Below, one piece after another: positions 1-9,287 of a DNA stretch of 64,000 nt; position 1 is the first letter of the stretch, and every line of letters starts with the position of its first letter. The notes under the pieces are model-generated. The model searched no databases, was not told where the DNA came from, and saw nothing but the letters and a program-made list of their open reading frames with translations. This stretch comes from Bacteroidota bacterium (lineage in GTDB: Bacteria > Bacteroidota > Ignavibacteria > UBA10030 > JAZGDE01), in NCBI GenBank assembly GCA_036477295.1, contig JAZGDE010000015.1, forward strand, positions 1,287 through 65,286. The letters are read 5' to 3'. The translations under genes and the position numbers were made by a program.

Positions 1-258
1 CCTGATCCTGAGTTCCATCAGCACTCGGGATTGTTTGATGTCGCGAAGTGCGACAAGGATTGGGGTGGGCCATAGGTCGGTACCGAACCATCCCGCCATT
101 TGTTGACCGTCCAGGGAAACACGGGCTCAAGATATTCTTCAGTCAAGGTATTGCTAGTCGGTCGAATCAAAGAAACTACCTATGCCGTTTCCAATGACCT
201 CGCTCATGCTAGGCATTGTTGTAACCGATTGAGTCTTCGTCACCCCGCACAATCTACC

Positions 259-287
259 TTGCATTTTGAAGGCACCCTGGCTATATT
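259..287 (+). promoter_or_regulatory. sigma70-type promoter upstream of prmC
   Basis: -35 TTGCAT 259-264, 17-nt spacer, -10 TATATT 282-287. It lies ~20 nt before ATG 310. Motif match only. Confidence 0.5.
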
Positions 288-309
288 GCGCGTGATTTTA
301 CCTCACTGT

Positions 310-1209
310 ATGACTGAGCAACTTCAGGAAACCGAAAAGCGCGCGTGGACTATCCTCGACCTTCTCAACTGGGGCACTGACTATCTCGCCGGGCGAAAGT
401 TTGATAACCCGAGACTGAACGTTGAACTCCTGCTAGCGGCGGCCCTCGGCTGTGGTCGCGTCCAACTGTACACGAATTTTGACAAACCGCTCAGCCCGAG
501 CGAACTCTCGACATTCAAGAAGCTCTTCGAGCGTCGCCTCGCTCATGAGCCGATACAATACATCCGGGGCGAGACGGAATTTCTGTCGCACCGGTTTCTC
601 CTCACGCGCGACGTGCTGATCCCACGACCGGAGACCGAGATTCTGGTCGAGAAAGTTATCGAGCAGTGTAAGCAGAAATGTCAGGACAGGCGCGTAATAA
701 AAATCCTGGACTTCGGAACAGGTTGCGGCAACATCGCAATCAGCATCGCGAACCATGTGGAGAATGCTGAGGTGATCGGCTTCGACATCAGTGAGAACGC
801 GATCGCTGTCGCGCAGAAAAATCTCGGACTCCACGGGTTGAAGGGACGGGTGAAGTTTGCCGTCCTCGACCTCTTCGCGCCTCTGGAGGAAGGGTTTCGC
901 GCAAAGGTCGAGATGGTAGTGTCGAACCCGCCGTACATTTCGAAACAAGAGTTCGATCGCCTGATGCCCGAGGTTCGCGAATACGAGCCGAGAATTGCCA
1001 CTTGTGATGAGGATGATGGCTTCCGCTTCCACCGGCGAATTGCCGACCTGGCGAAAGCTCTCCTTGCACCGGGTGGTTGGCTGTTCCTCGAAGTTGGGTT
1101 CAATCAGGCCAAGGATGTAAGGGAAATTCTCCAGCAGCGGGGGCTGAAGAACATGGATACATTCACGGACTATGCCGGTATCGAACGAGTGATGCAAGCG
1201 CAGCGATGA
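310..1209 (+). CDS. prmC: peptide chain release factor N5-glutamine methyltransferase
   Basis: ORF track 100..1209. Has 'ILDFGTGCGNI' (SAM pocket) and 'VVSNPPYI' (NPPY). Start moved to ATG 310 because the promoter at 259-287 lies inside the longer ORF. The stop overlaps the dtd start (ATGA). Confidence 0.9.
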   Translation: MTEQLQETEKRAWTILDLLNWGTDYLAGRKFDNPRLNVELLLAAALGCGRVQLYTNFDKPLSPSELSTFKKLFERRLAHEPIQYIRGETEFLSHRFLLTRDVLIPRPETEILVEKVIEQCKQKCQDRRVIKILDFGTGCGNIAISIANHVENAEVIGFDISENAIAVAQKNLGLHGLKGRVKFAVLDLFAPLEEGFRAKVEMVVSNPPYISKQEFDRLMPEVREYEPRIATCDEDDGFRFHRRIADLAKALLAPGGWLFLEVGFNQAKDVREILQQRGLKNMDTFTDYAGIERVMQAQR

Positions 1210-1670
1210 AGGCTCTGATTCAGCGCGTGAAGCGGAGCAGGGTGACGGTCGACGGACGCGTGCTCAGCGAAATCGGAAACGGCATGCTGGTATTCTTGAG
1301 TGTGAAGCAAGGAGACTCCGAGGAGGACGCAAAATACTTGGCGGACCGATGTGCATCGCTCAGGATTTTTGAGGACGAGAACGGCAAAATGAATCGGTCG
1401 GTTCAGGACCTCGCGGGAAGTGCTCTGGTTGTGTCTCAATTTACGCTGCACGGCGATACGCGAAGAGGAAACCGGCCAAGCTTTGACAAGGCTGCACCCC
1501 CGGAGGTTGCCGAGCACCTCTATGAGGTATTCCTCGAAAAGCTGAAGACGCAGCTCGGCGAACACAGAGTTGCAGCCGGAGCCTTTCGGGCGATGATGGA
1601 CGTTGAGCTTGTGAACGACGGGCCCGTTACCATCATGATCCAGAGTAAGTCGGAGTACACCTCATCATAA
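1206..1670 (+). CDS. dtd: D-aminoacyl-tRNA deacylase
   Basis: 'MKALIQRVKRSRVTVDG...' and the 'VVSQFTLHGDTRRGNRPSF' signature. ATG 1206 lies inside ORF 1077..1670. Confidence 0.9.
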   Translation: MKALIQRVKRSRVTVDGRVLSEIGNGMLVFLSVKQGDSEEDAKYLADRCASLRIFEDENGKMNRSVQDLAGSALVVSQFTLHGDTRRGNRPSFDKAAPPEVAEHLYEVFLEKLKTQLGEHRVAAGAFRAMMDVELVNDGPVTIMIQSKSEYTSS

Positions 1671-1697
1671 CGTTCCATTGAGGGAAAAGATACCGCA

Positions 1698-2447
1698 ATG
1701 CGCGACCTTCTGTTCTTGATGTTTGTCTTGCTCCTCTCAGCAAGTGGCTTTGCACAACTTCTGGAACTGCGCGAAACGGCAAGCGCTCATTTCAAGATCC
1801 AGTTCGGGTCGGACTACGACGACGACGAAGTCGAGATGGTGGGGAGCGAGCTCGAATTGGCCTACCGTCTCCTGAATCAAAAATACGGCCTCAAGGTGCA
1901 GAAGAAGCTCCCCGTGTACCTGACCAGCTCCGAGGTTTCCTACAACCGCAAAGTTCCCGTTCGTGAGCGCTGGGGGGCGGCATACAGCAATCGGACGCTG
2001 TACTTTCAGCCAATGAGCTACATCCGGAAAAACGGTGGGCTGAGAATCACGGTTCGCCATGCCCTCGCTTTTGCGATGCTTCGACCGATCGTTGCGAGCG
2101 GTTGTCCGCCGTGGCTCGCAAGATCGTTTGCCGTGAACTTCTCGGGCGAGATGGAAATTCTGAGCAAACCGTCGCAAACCCGCATCAAATTCTTCACGGA
2201 CCTCAACGAGGTGCTCGAGGAGGCTCGGGGGCTGCCAGACCTCGAGACGAGTTACTACACAGCCGGTCTTGCCGTTCGCTATTTTGAAGAAAGGTTCGGA
2301 TCGCGAAAGGTGGCGGATCTGATCAAGAGTTTCGATGGTCGATCGCTCGACAACCAGGTGAAGGAGAAAGTTTTTGGTCTACCATTCAACGACCTGCAGT
2401 ATGAGTGGGTTCAATACGTCGACAGGCGGATCAATGCTAGCCAGTAA
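1698..2447 (+). CDS. secreted hypothetical protein, possibly peptidase-MA-like with a degenerate metal motif
   Basis: 249-aa ORF with N-terminal signal peptide 'LLFLMFVLLLSASGFAQ'. 'VRHALAFAM' sits where HExxH would be expected. The family assignment is weak. Confidence 0.55.
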   Translation: MRDLLFLMFVLLLSASGFAQLLELRETASAHFKIQFGSDYDDDEVEMVGSELELAYRLLNQKYGLKVQKKLPVYLTSSEVSYNRKVPVRERWGAAYSNRTLYFQPMSYIRKNGGLRITVRHALAFAMLRPIVASGCPPWLARSFAVNFSGEMEILSKPSQTRIKFFTDLNEVLEEARGLPDLETSYYTAGLAVRYFEERFGSRKVADLIKSFDGRSLDNQVKEKVFGLPFNDLQYEWVQYVDRRINASQ

Positions 2448-2464
2448 AGGACGCCCACGTGCGG

Positions 2465-3370
2465 ATGCTGATGATTTTTTGTGATGGAGTTGGTATCGGG
2501 AAGGCTGACCCTGCCATCAACCCCTTTTTTCATGCTGCCCTCCCGACTCTCTCCTCGTTGTTGGGTTCTCAATTACCCCACCTGTGTTGCCGGCATATCC
2601 AAACCAGTCAAGCAACTCTCATCCCGCTGAACGCCACTCTCGGAGTCTCCGGGTTACCGCAAAGCGGAACTGGACAGACGACCCTTTTGACGGGTGTGAA
2701 TGCGGCGCGCCTCATCGGCAAGCATTTTGGCCCGTATCCCTATTCGACGCTGCGACCGATCCTGAAAGACAAGAACATCTTCCGTCAGTTGATCGCACGG
2801 CGCAAACGGGTCTGCTTCGCGAACGCCTACCCCCGTCCGTTCTTCGAATATGTCCAGTCGGGAAAGACAAGGCTTACAGCCACGGTTCTCTCCTGTCTTT
2901 TCTCCGATGTTCAGCTTCGCGGCGAAGAAGAGCTGCGCGCAGAGGAAGCAGTGTCCTCCGACCTGACACGCACACGCTGGAAGGAACTTGGCCACGATCG
3001 AGTGGAGCCCATTGCTCCCGAGACGGCTGGCGAGCACTTGTACGAACTTTCTCAACAATCTGACTTCACGCTGTTCGATTTCTACCTCACCGACCACGCA
3101 GGACACAGCCAGTCGATGCAACAGGCTGCCGAGGTGCTCGAGCGGCTCGATGGATTCCTGTCAGGGATCCTTCGCCGATACGACGAAACGAAGACGCTCC
3201 TTCTCCTGACAAGCGACCACGGCAATATTGAAGACCTCTCGGCGAAATCACATACGCGGAATCCTGTGCCTCTCCTGCTCCTCGGACGATATCGTGAGGA
3301 TGTCGCGAGTCGGTTGACAAACCTGACCCATCTTACCCCATGCCTCGTGGATTTTCTGGCGAGGTCCTGA
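2465..3370 (+). CDS. metalloenzyme-superfamily protein (cofactor-independent PGM / phosphopentomutase-like)
   Basis: 'MIFCDGVGIG' at the N-terminus, plus 'DHAGH' and 'LLTSDHGNIED'. Alternative starts are GTG 2459 and ATG 2471. Confidence 0.7.
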   Translation: MLMIFCDGVGIGKADPAINPFFHAALPTLSSLLGSQLPHLCCRHIQTSQATLIPLNATLGVSGLPQSGTGQTTLLTGVNAARLIGKHFGPYPYSTLRPILKDKNIFRQLIARRKRVCFANAYPRPFFEYVQSGKTRLTATVLSCLFSDVQLRGEEELRAEEAVSSDLTRTRWKELGHDRVEPIAPETAGEHLYELSQQSDFTLFDFYLTDHAGHSQSMQQAAEVLERLDGFLSGILRRYDETKTLLLLTSDHGNIEDLSAKSHTRNPVPLLLLGRYREDVASRLTNLTHLTPCLVDFLARS

Positions 3371-5823
3371 AGGATCGGGAGGTCACACTTCGTACGCTCC
3401 TGCATCCTCGACCAGCGCTCAAGGTAGCCCTTTCCTACGTCGTTGGGGTTCTCGTCGGATGGTACGTTTCTCTTCCCGCTCTTCTCGTCTTCGCCAGTAT
3501 CCTGTTCTTGGGTGTAGCAGCCATTGTGGTTTCCCGGTCCTCCAGTCAATTCTGGAAATGTTTTCTTCCTCTCTTCCTGCTCATCGGAGTGACATGTGCC
3601 GGTGCGTTTAAGATTACGCTCGACAAGCGTGTGTTTCCAGCCTCCCACGTCGTTCACTTCGTCAATGATCGTGACTCGGTGGTGGTTCGGGGGAGCGTCG
3701 TCTCACAGCCGACGAGTCCTGGCGGTCGAGTTCGATTCTTGCTTCGAGCGGAACGGATCTACCGGCGTGGTAGCGTCTTCTCCACGGACGGCGATGTTCT
3801 GGTGTTCCTGAGCTCTCGAGCGGTTGAAAGCGATACGATGCGCGAGATCTCTTACGGCGATCGCTTGATACTCGTGGGGAGGTTGCAGAGTCCCTCGACA
3901 GCTCGGAATCCTGGGGACTTCGACTATCGGCGGTATCTGGAGGTGAACAACATCTATGCGACGATGTACATCTCCAAGGGTGAGGGGATACAGCGCGAAA
4001 GTGCCGGCAGAGGCGGCTGGCTCCAGCGCTCGGTGGTGGTTCCCCCTCGCCGGCGATTTGAGTTGCTCGTGGACAATGCGATCGGTGGAGATGAAGCGGA
4101 GTTTTTGAAAGGTCTCATCATTGGAGACAGGAGCGGGATCTCGACGGAAATTAAGAGCTCGTTCGTGAACGCAGGAGTCATGCACGTGCTCGCAGTGTCC
4201 GGATTGCACGTGGGGATCGTTGCGGGGATTTTCTTTGTGGTTCTCGGTCTTCTCAGGTTGCCACACCTCTGGAAAGTGATCGGCACAATCATTGGACTCG
4301 CTTGGTACGCGGCTCTTACCGGTCTTGCGCCTCCGGTCGTCCGCGCATCGATCATGGCGACCGTTGTACTGATAGGGTCACTGCTGGAACGCCGTGTCGA
4401 TTCGTACAATTCCCTCGCCGTCGCTGCACTGGCGATTCTCCTCGTCGATGCCAAACAGCTGTTCCATCCAGGCTTTCAACTATCCTTCGCCGCGGTGTTC
4501 GCGCTCATCTACACATATCCGAAGTGGATCCGGCTGAACTCCATGCTTCCGCCAGCGTTGAAGGAAAACGTGTTCGTGAAGGGTCTTCTCAGCTTGCTTG
4601 TGCTTTCGATGGCGGCTCAACTCGGCACGTTGCCGTTCAACGTTCTGTACTTCGGGAAAATATCGCTCGTTGCTCTCGCGGCAAATCTCGTCGTGATTCC
4701 ACTGGTCGGCATCTTGGTCCCTCTCGGATTTCTGACTCTTATTTGCAGCCTAATCTCCCCGTGGCTTGCTGGCATCTACGCTGAAGTTGCCCAGCTAATA
4801 CTCGCAGGTATGATCAAGCTGGTCAATTTGGTCGGTAACCTGCGATGGTCGGCTGTCGAGATTCCGCCTCTGGGCGCTGCTTCCATGGTCTGTTTTTACG
4901 GGATTTTCCTTTCTGCTGTTCACTGGAATCATCGTTTCGTGCGTCGTGTTGCAGTTTTTGTCGTATCGCTCAGCCTGACAGCTCTCATTTGGACGACTGA
5001 TGTCGGCGTTCTGAATCCTCGAGTGCTGAGAATCACGGTGCTTGACGTAGGTCAGGGGGATACGATATTTTTGGAATTTCCGGACGGAAAGACCATGTTG
5101 ATCGATGCCGGTCCGAGGACAATGCATTCGAACGCTGGGGAGAGAATGATTATCCCGTTTCTTAGAAAGCGAGGGATCAGTTCAATCGACGTGGTACTGA
5201 TCACCCATCCACATAGTGATCATATAGGCGGGCTCGAGCCTGTTCTGCAGGAATTTTCCGTCCGACGAGTGGTCGACACTGGTCACGAGGTCGGATCGAA
5301 TGTCTACAAGCGGTTCATGGCGTTTGTTGAGGCGGAGAATATCCCCTTGCAGAGAGTTCAAGCGGGGGATACGCTCGGTGGCTTCAAGGGGATCAGGTTA
5401 TATGTGCTTCATCCGCGGGTCGACCGGGGCCATCCAGCGAACGGTCTTCAAGTCAAAAACCTGAACGATGTCTCAGTCGTTCTCAAATTGGTCTACGGTG
5501 AAACGAGTTTCTTGTTCACGGGAGACGTCGAGAGGAATGGTGAACGGGAGCTCCAGCAAAATTTTGGAACGTTTCTTGATGCGGATGCCCTGAAAATCGG
5601 TCACCACGGAAGCAGCACGAGCAGTTCGCTTCCATTCTTACAGGAAGTGACACCCCGGATTGGCATCATCTCCGTCGGCAAGTTCAACAAGTTCAGCCAT
5701 CCTTCGGAAGAGGTCCTGGCGCGTTTGCATGAGCTTCAGATTGAGGTACACCGGACCGATGAGCAAGGTGCCGTGGTTCTCGAATCCGATGCCAAAAGAA
5801 TTTCGATCGTGGATTGGCGCTGA
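3340..5823 (+). CDS. comEC: DNA internalization-related competence protein ComEC/Rec2
   Basis: 827 aa with many TM helices, a ComEC core ('GVMHVLAVSGLHVG') and a C-terminal MBL domain ('LITHPHSDHIGG'). The 5' end overlaps the previous gene by 31 nt, so the start is uncertain. Confidence 0.88.
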   Translation: MPRGFSGEVLKDREVTLRTLLHPRPALKVALSYVVGVLVGWYVSLPALLVFASILFLGVAAIVVSRSSSQFWKCFLPLFLLIGVTCAGAFKITLDKRVFPASHVVHFVNDRDSVVVRGSVVSQPTSPGGRVRFLLRAERIYRRGSVFSTDGDVLVFLSSRAVESDTMREISYGDRLILVGRLQSPSTARNPGDFDYRRYLEVNNIYATMYISKGEGIQRESAGRGGWLQRSVVVPPRRRFELLVDNAIGGDEAEFLKGLIIGDRSGISTEIKSSFVNAGVMHVLAVSGLHVGIVAGIFFVVLGLLRLPHLWKVIGTIIGLAWYAALTGLAPPVVRASIMATVVLIGSLLERRVDSYNSLAVAALAILLVDAKQLFHPGFQLSFAAVFALIYTYPKWIRLNSMLPPALKENVFVKGLLSLLVLSMAAQLGTLPFNVLYFGKISLVALAANLVVIPLVGILVPLGFLTLICSLISPWLAGIYAEVAQLILAGMIKLVNLVGNLRWSAVEIPPLGAASMVCFYGIFLSAVHWNHRFVRRVAVFVVSLSLTALIWTTDVGVLNPRVLRITVLDVGQGDTIFLEFPDGKTMLIDAGPRTMHSNAGERMIIPFLRKRGISSIDVVLITHPHSDHIGGLEPVLQEFSVRRVVDTGHEVGSNVYKRFMAFVEAENIPLQRVQAGDTLGGFKGIRLYVLHPRVDRGHPANGLQVKNLNDVSVVLKLVYGETSFLFTGDVERNGERELQQNFGTFLDADALKIGHHGSSTSSSLPFLQEVTPRIGIISVGKFNKFSHPSEEVLARLHELQIEVHRTDEQGAVVLESDAKRISIVDWR

Positions 5824-5893
5824 GAGCGCTCGCGTCGGTCCTGTTGACATCACGCAAGAACGACCTGTGCAATCAATGATGCTGCTCGTAGAG

Positions 5894-5922
5894 TTGACAT
5901 TGCTTCTCCCGTAAAGTATTTT
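5894..5922 (+). promoter_or_regulatory. sigma70-type promoter upstream of the mutase gene
   Basis: TTGACA 5894-5899, 17-nt spacer, TATTTT 5917-5922. It argues for start ATG 5969 rather than 5921. Confidence 0.5.
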
Positions 5923-5968
5923 GTCTGCACGTTCCCTTACCACCAAGAAAACCAATCGCAAGGAAACC

Positions 5969-7618
5969 ATGAGCACTTTCGAACACCTGAAGCAGAAGAA
6001 ACTGTTGTGGGAGCGGAATAAGGTTCAGCCCGCACTCGAGAAATTTCCTGAGCGCCAACCGAGGTTTGTGTTGGATTCGGGGATAGAAGTCGAGCGACTC
6101 TCCCTACCTCGTGGATGTGATTACGAGCAGGCAGGGGGGTTCTCGGGCCAATATCCTTTTACCCGCGGCGTCTACCCGACGATGTACCGAGGGAAGTTCT
6201 GGACGATGCGGCAGTATGCCGGGTTCGGAACAGCCGAGGAGTCGAACGAGCGCTACCGGTACCTGCTCGAGCACGGCACGACGGGTCTTTCCGTCGCCTT
6301 CGACCTGCCGACTCAGATGGGCTATGACTCCGACCATCCTTTTGCGGAGGGGGAGGTCGGGAAAGCGGGTGTTGCGATCGATTCGCTACAAGACATGGAG
6401 ATGTTATTTGCCGGAGTTGACCTCGAGAAGATCACGGTTTCCATGACGATCAACGCGACTGCCCCGATCTTGTTATGCATGTACGTCGCACTGGCGAAAA
6501 AACAGGGTGCTGATCTGAAAAAAATTTCCGGCACTGTACAAAACGATATCTTGAAAGAGTTCGCGGCTCGGGGTACCCATATTTATCCACCGGAGCACTC
6601 ACTTCGACTCGTCACCGACACGATCTGCTGGTGTAGCGAAAACCTTCCGCGTTGGAATCCAATCTCGATCAGCGGATACCATATTCGTGAAGCGGGTTCG
6701 ACCGCTGTTCAGGAACTCACCTTCACGTTTGCCAACGCCGTAGCGTACGTGCAATCTGTGGTCGATGTGGGCTTGGAGATCGACCGGTTCGCTCCGAAAC
6801 TGTCGTTTTTCTTCAATGCGCACAACAATTTTTTCGAGGAGATTGCAAAATTCCGGGCAGCTCGCAGGATATGGGCGAAAATCATGAGAGAGCGATTCGG
6901 AGCTCGCGACGATGAATCCATGAAACTTCGATTCCATGCGCAGACTGGCGGGTCGACGCTGACGGCGCGGCAGATCGACAACAATGTCATCCGCGTGACC
7001 ATGCAGGCACTAGCGGCGGTACTCGGGGGATGTCAGTCGCTGCACACGAACGCGCGTGATGAAGCGCTGGCTTTGCCGACTGAGGAATCTGCCTGCTTGG
7101 CCCTTCGGACACAGCAGGTGATTGCGTACGAAAGCGGCGTGGCGGACGCTGTCGACCCCCTAGGAGGATCGTACTACGTCGAGTACCTCACGGACGAAGT
7201 CGAGAAACGCGTCTGGCAGTACTTGGAGAAGATCGACGCTATGGGGGGTGCAGTCAAGGCCATTGAGAACAACTTCTATCAGGATGAGATAGCACGAAGT
7301 GCCTACGAGCATCATCGTGCGATTGAGAAAAAGGCGAAGATCATCGTCGGAGTTAACAAATTCACCACTGAGGACACCGAGAGCAAGGAGGTCTCGCGCG
7401 TCGATGAGTCGGTGAGTGATCGCCAGGTCGATCGACTGAGAAACCTGAGAACAAGAAGAGATCAAAGTACAGTTGACAGCTGTCTTCGAAGTCTGAGGAG
7501 AGCAGCGGCATCAAAAGAGAATGTGATTTCCCATATGTTAAGTTGCGTTGAAGCAGACGCGACGTTGGGCGAAATATCGGATGCGTTGAGAGAAGTATGG
7601 GGTGAATGGAAACAGTAG
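5969..7618 (+). CDS. methylmalonyl-CoA (acyl-CoA) mutase, catalytic large-subunit domain only
   Basis: 'FTRGVYPTMYRGKFWTMRQYAGFGTAEESNERYRYLL' and 'ISISGYHIREAG'. No B12-binding domain is present in this ORF. Confidence 0.88.
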   Translation: MSTFEHLKQKKLLWERNKVQPALEKFPERQPRFVLDSGIEVERLSLPRGCDYEQAGGFSGQYPFTRGVYPTMYRGKFWTMRQYAGFGTAEESNERYRYLLEHGTTGLSVAFDLPTQMGYDSDHPFAEGEVGKAGVAIDSLQDMEMLFAGVDLEKITVSMTINATAPILLCMYVALAKKQGADLKKISGTVQNDILKEFAARGTHIYPPEHSLRLVTDTICWCSENLPRWNPISISGYHIREAGSTAVQELTFTFANAVAYVQSVVDVGLEIDRFAPKLSFFFNAHNNFFEEIAKFRAARRIWAKIMRERFGARDDESMKLRFHAQTGGSTLTARQIDNNVIRVTMQALAAVLGGCQSLHTNARDEALALPTEESACLALRTQQVIAYESGVADAVDPLGGSYYVEYLTDEVEKRVWQYLEKIDAMGGAVKAIENNFYQDEIARSAYEHHRAIEKKAKIIVGVNKFTTEDTESKEVSRVDESVSDRQVDRLRNLRTRRDQSTVDSCLRSLRRAAASKENVISHMLSCVEADATLGEISDALREVWGEWKQ

Positions 7619-7682
7619 GGGTTTCCGGTAGCCGGAACATTCTCTGCATTTCTCCTTCGTTTTCTCATAGAAACCATTCTAC

Positions 7683-8465
7683 GTGATCTCCAAGGCAGCA
7701 CTCAAACAGGTTCAAGCACTGAAGGAAAAGAAGTATCGTCAGGATCGGAAGGTATTTCTTGCCGAAGGGTTCCGACTTGTTCAAGAGGCAGTCTCGTCCG
7801 AATTTCCTGTCGAAATGGTCCTCTTCACTGCGGAGTTTTCAAAGTCGACCGACCACCAGAATTTTCTCGAGGCTCTTGCCAAGAAACGGCTGCGCCTCGA
7901 GGAGGTCTCCTCGAAAGAGATCAAAACCATCTCGGACACAGTGACGTCCCAGGGTGTTCTGGCAGTCGTTCATCAAAAAGTGTGGAGTCTGCAGAAAGTC
8001 TTTGAACAAGAGAAGGAGCATCAAATCGTTGTCGGTCTCGACGCGATCTCCGACCCTGGAAACCTCGGGACGCTCTTGCGAACTTGCGATTGGTTTGCGG
8101 CGGACCTCCTCCTCCTCGGTCGCGGTACGGTCGAAGTCTACAACCCGAAAGTTGTTCGCTCCTCCATGGGTGCTATCTTCCACGTGCCGCTGATCGAGAA
8201 TGTGGACCTCGATACGACACTTCCGGAGCTGCGGAAGCGCTCGTTTTCCATTCTTGTTACGGACCTGACCGGCGAAACATTTCATTACGACGTTCGTGTT
8301 CCCCCGAAGACGGTGGTGGTTCTCGGAAACGAAGCTTGGGGAGTCCGTACATCGCTGATGACAATGGCCGACGCGCGAGTTCGAATCAAGGGGTACGGTC
8401 GAGCTGAATCCCTGAACGTTTCCGTTGCGTGCGGAGTGATTCTGTCAGTGCTCCGAAGCTATTAA
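7683..8465 (+). CDS. TrmH/SpoU-family RNA 2'-O-methyltransferase
   Basis: GTG start. SpoU motifs 'LDAISDPGNLGTLLRT', 'VVLGNEAWGV' and 'ESLNVSVACGVIL'. Confidence 0.85.
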   Translation: MISKAALKQVQALKEKKYRQDRKVFLAEGFRLVQEAVSSEFPVEMVLFTAEFSKSTDHQNFLEALAKKRLRLEEVSSKEIKTISDTVTSQGVLAVVHQKVWSLQKVFEQEKEHQIVVGLDAISDPGNLGTLLRTCDWFAADLLLLGRGTVEVYNPKVVRSSMGAIFHVPLIENVDLDTTLPELRKRSFSILVTDLTGETFHYDVRVPPKTVVVLGNEAWGVRTSLMTMADARVRIKGYGRAESLNVSVACGVILSVLRSY

Positions 8466-8479
8466 GCCTCAATTTCTGC

Positions 8480-8508
8480 TTGACAATGAGTAGGGGAAAA
8501 ATTATCAT
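8480..8508 (+). promoter_or_regulatory. sigma70-type promoter in front of the decayed paralog
   Basis: TTGACA 8480-8485, 17-nt spacer, TATCAT 8503-8508. Confidence 0.5.
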
Positions 8509-8535
8509 AGGCCCAATATTTTCTTGTTCTTTACC

Positions 8536-9286
8536 ATGATTCCACTGGAATCGAGCGGGCGTGTGATCGAAGCTGGGTTGTTCCACCGTAGCTCCGGGGA
8601 GGCCGTGCACCAGGGAAACCCTCAACTTGCTCGAGAAATTCTTCGGAGCAACACCTCTCCGGCTTTCCGACCCCGAGACTAAGAAGGATCTTATTGGAGC
8701 ACAGCATCTGCTCGCAGCTGAAGCATGCGAAGAAGACAGCCGTCTTCGCGAATGCGTACTCGGCCGTGTACTTCGAGCAATTGGGAGACCGCGTTACCGC
8801 TACCACGTGGGCGGTCAGGGCGGCGGATATCCCGTTCCGTTGGGTCGAAGATCTGCGCAGTGAGCGGGCACTCGGACCAGACCTGACGAACCACCTGTTC
8901 GCGGACTTCGGCTACGACGTTCCCCTTTTTACTCCAGAGCAGGCGGGTGAAATCCTTGGTGCATTGATCCAAGATTTCGACTTTGTGTTGTATGGATACC
9001 CCTTTACTGATGCCGTTGGGCACGCCCAGGACATGGAAAGAGCAAGGAGACGATTGGTGAAATTGACCAGTTCCTAGGGAGTTTTCTCTCCTCCATTGAT
9101 TTATCTCGTGATGCAGTTATCCTGACGAGCGACCACGGCAACATTGAGGATCTCAGTACTTCGGTCCATACTCTGAACCCTGTTCCCACAATGTCCTGGG
9201 GAAGAAGCAAGCAGATTGTCGTGGGAAACGTTATGAGCATTCAAGAAACCACTCCAACGATTCTCAAAATCGCGTCCATGGCTTGA
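8536..9286 (+). pseudogene. decayed paralog of the metalloenzyme-superfamily gene at 2465..3370
   Basis: Homology to the 2465..3370 product runs through four frame segments. They are 8536-8682 ('IPLESSG...'), 8627-8863 ('LLEKFFGATPLRLSDPETKKDLIG'), 8694-9077 ('KKTAVFANAY...FTDAVGHAQDMERA') and ~9045-9286 ('EIDQFLGSFL...VILTSDHGNIEDLS...NPVP'). The first ~50 codons, including the DG metal site, are missing. Confidence 0.8.
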
Positions 9287-9287
9287 G

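Noticed and set aside
1-99. A minus-strand ATG at 97-99 opening a frame that runs off the 5' edge of the window ('MAGWFGTDLWPTPILVALRDIKQSRVLMELRIR...').
   Set aside because: Only 33 codons are visible and there is no recognisable motif or convincing promoter, so it cannot be supported as a gene from this window alone.
100-309. The 70-codon N-terminal extension of PrmC given by the ORF track (start at 100). The same applies to the long upstream extensions of other ORFs: 1077 for dtd, 5921 for the mutase, 17607 for HNH, 19989 for scpB, 20758 for the pseudouridine synthase, 27889 for the MBL gene and 52326 for mnmA.
   Set aside because: The extensions are not family-like. They overlap upstream genes or contain promoter motifs (259-287, 5894-5922, 52307-52335). 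Internal ATGs give N-termini that match the families.
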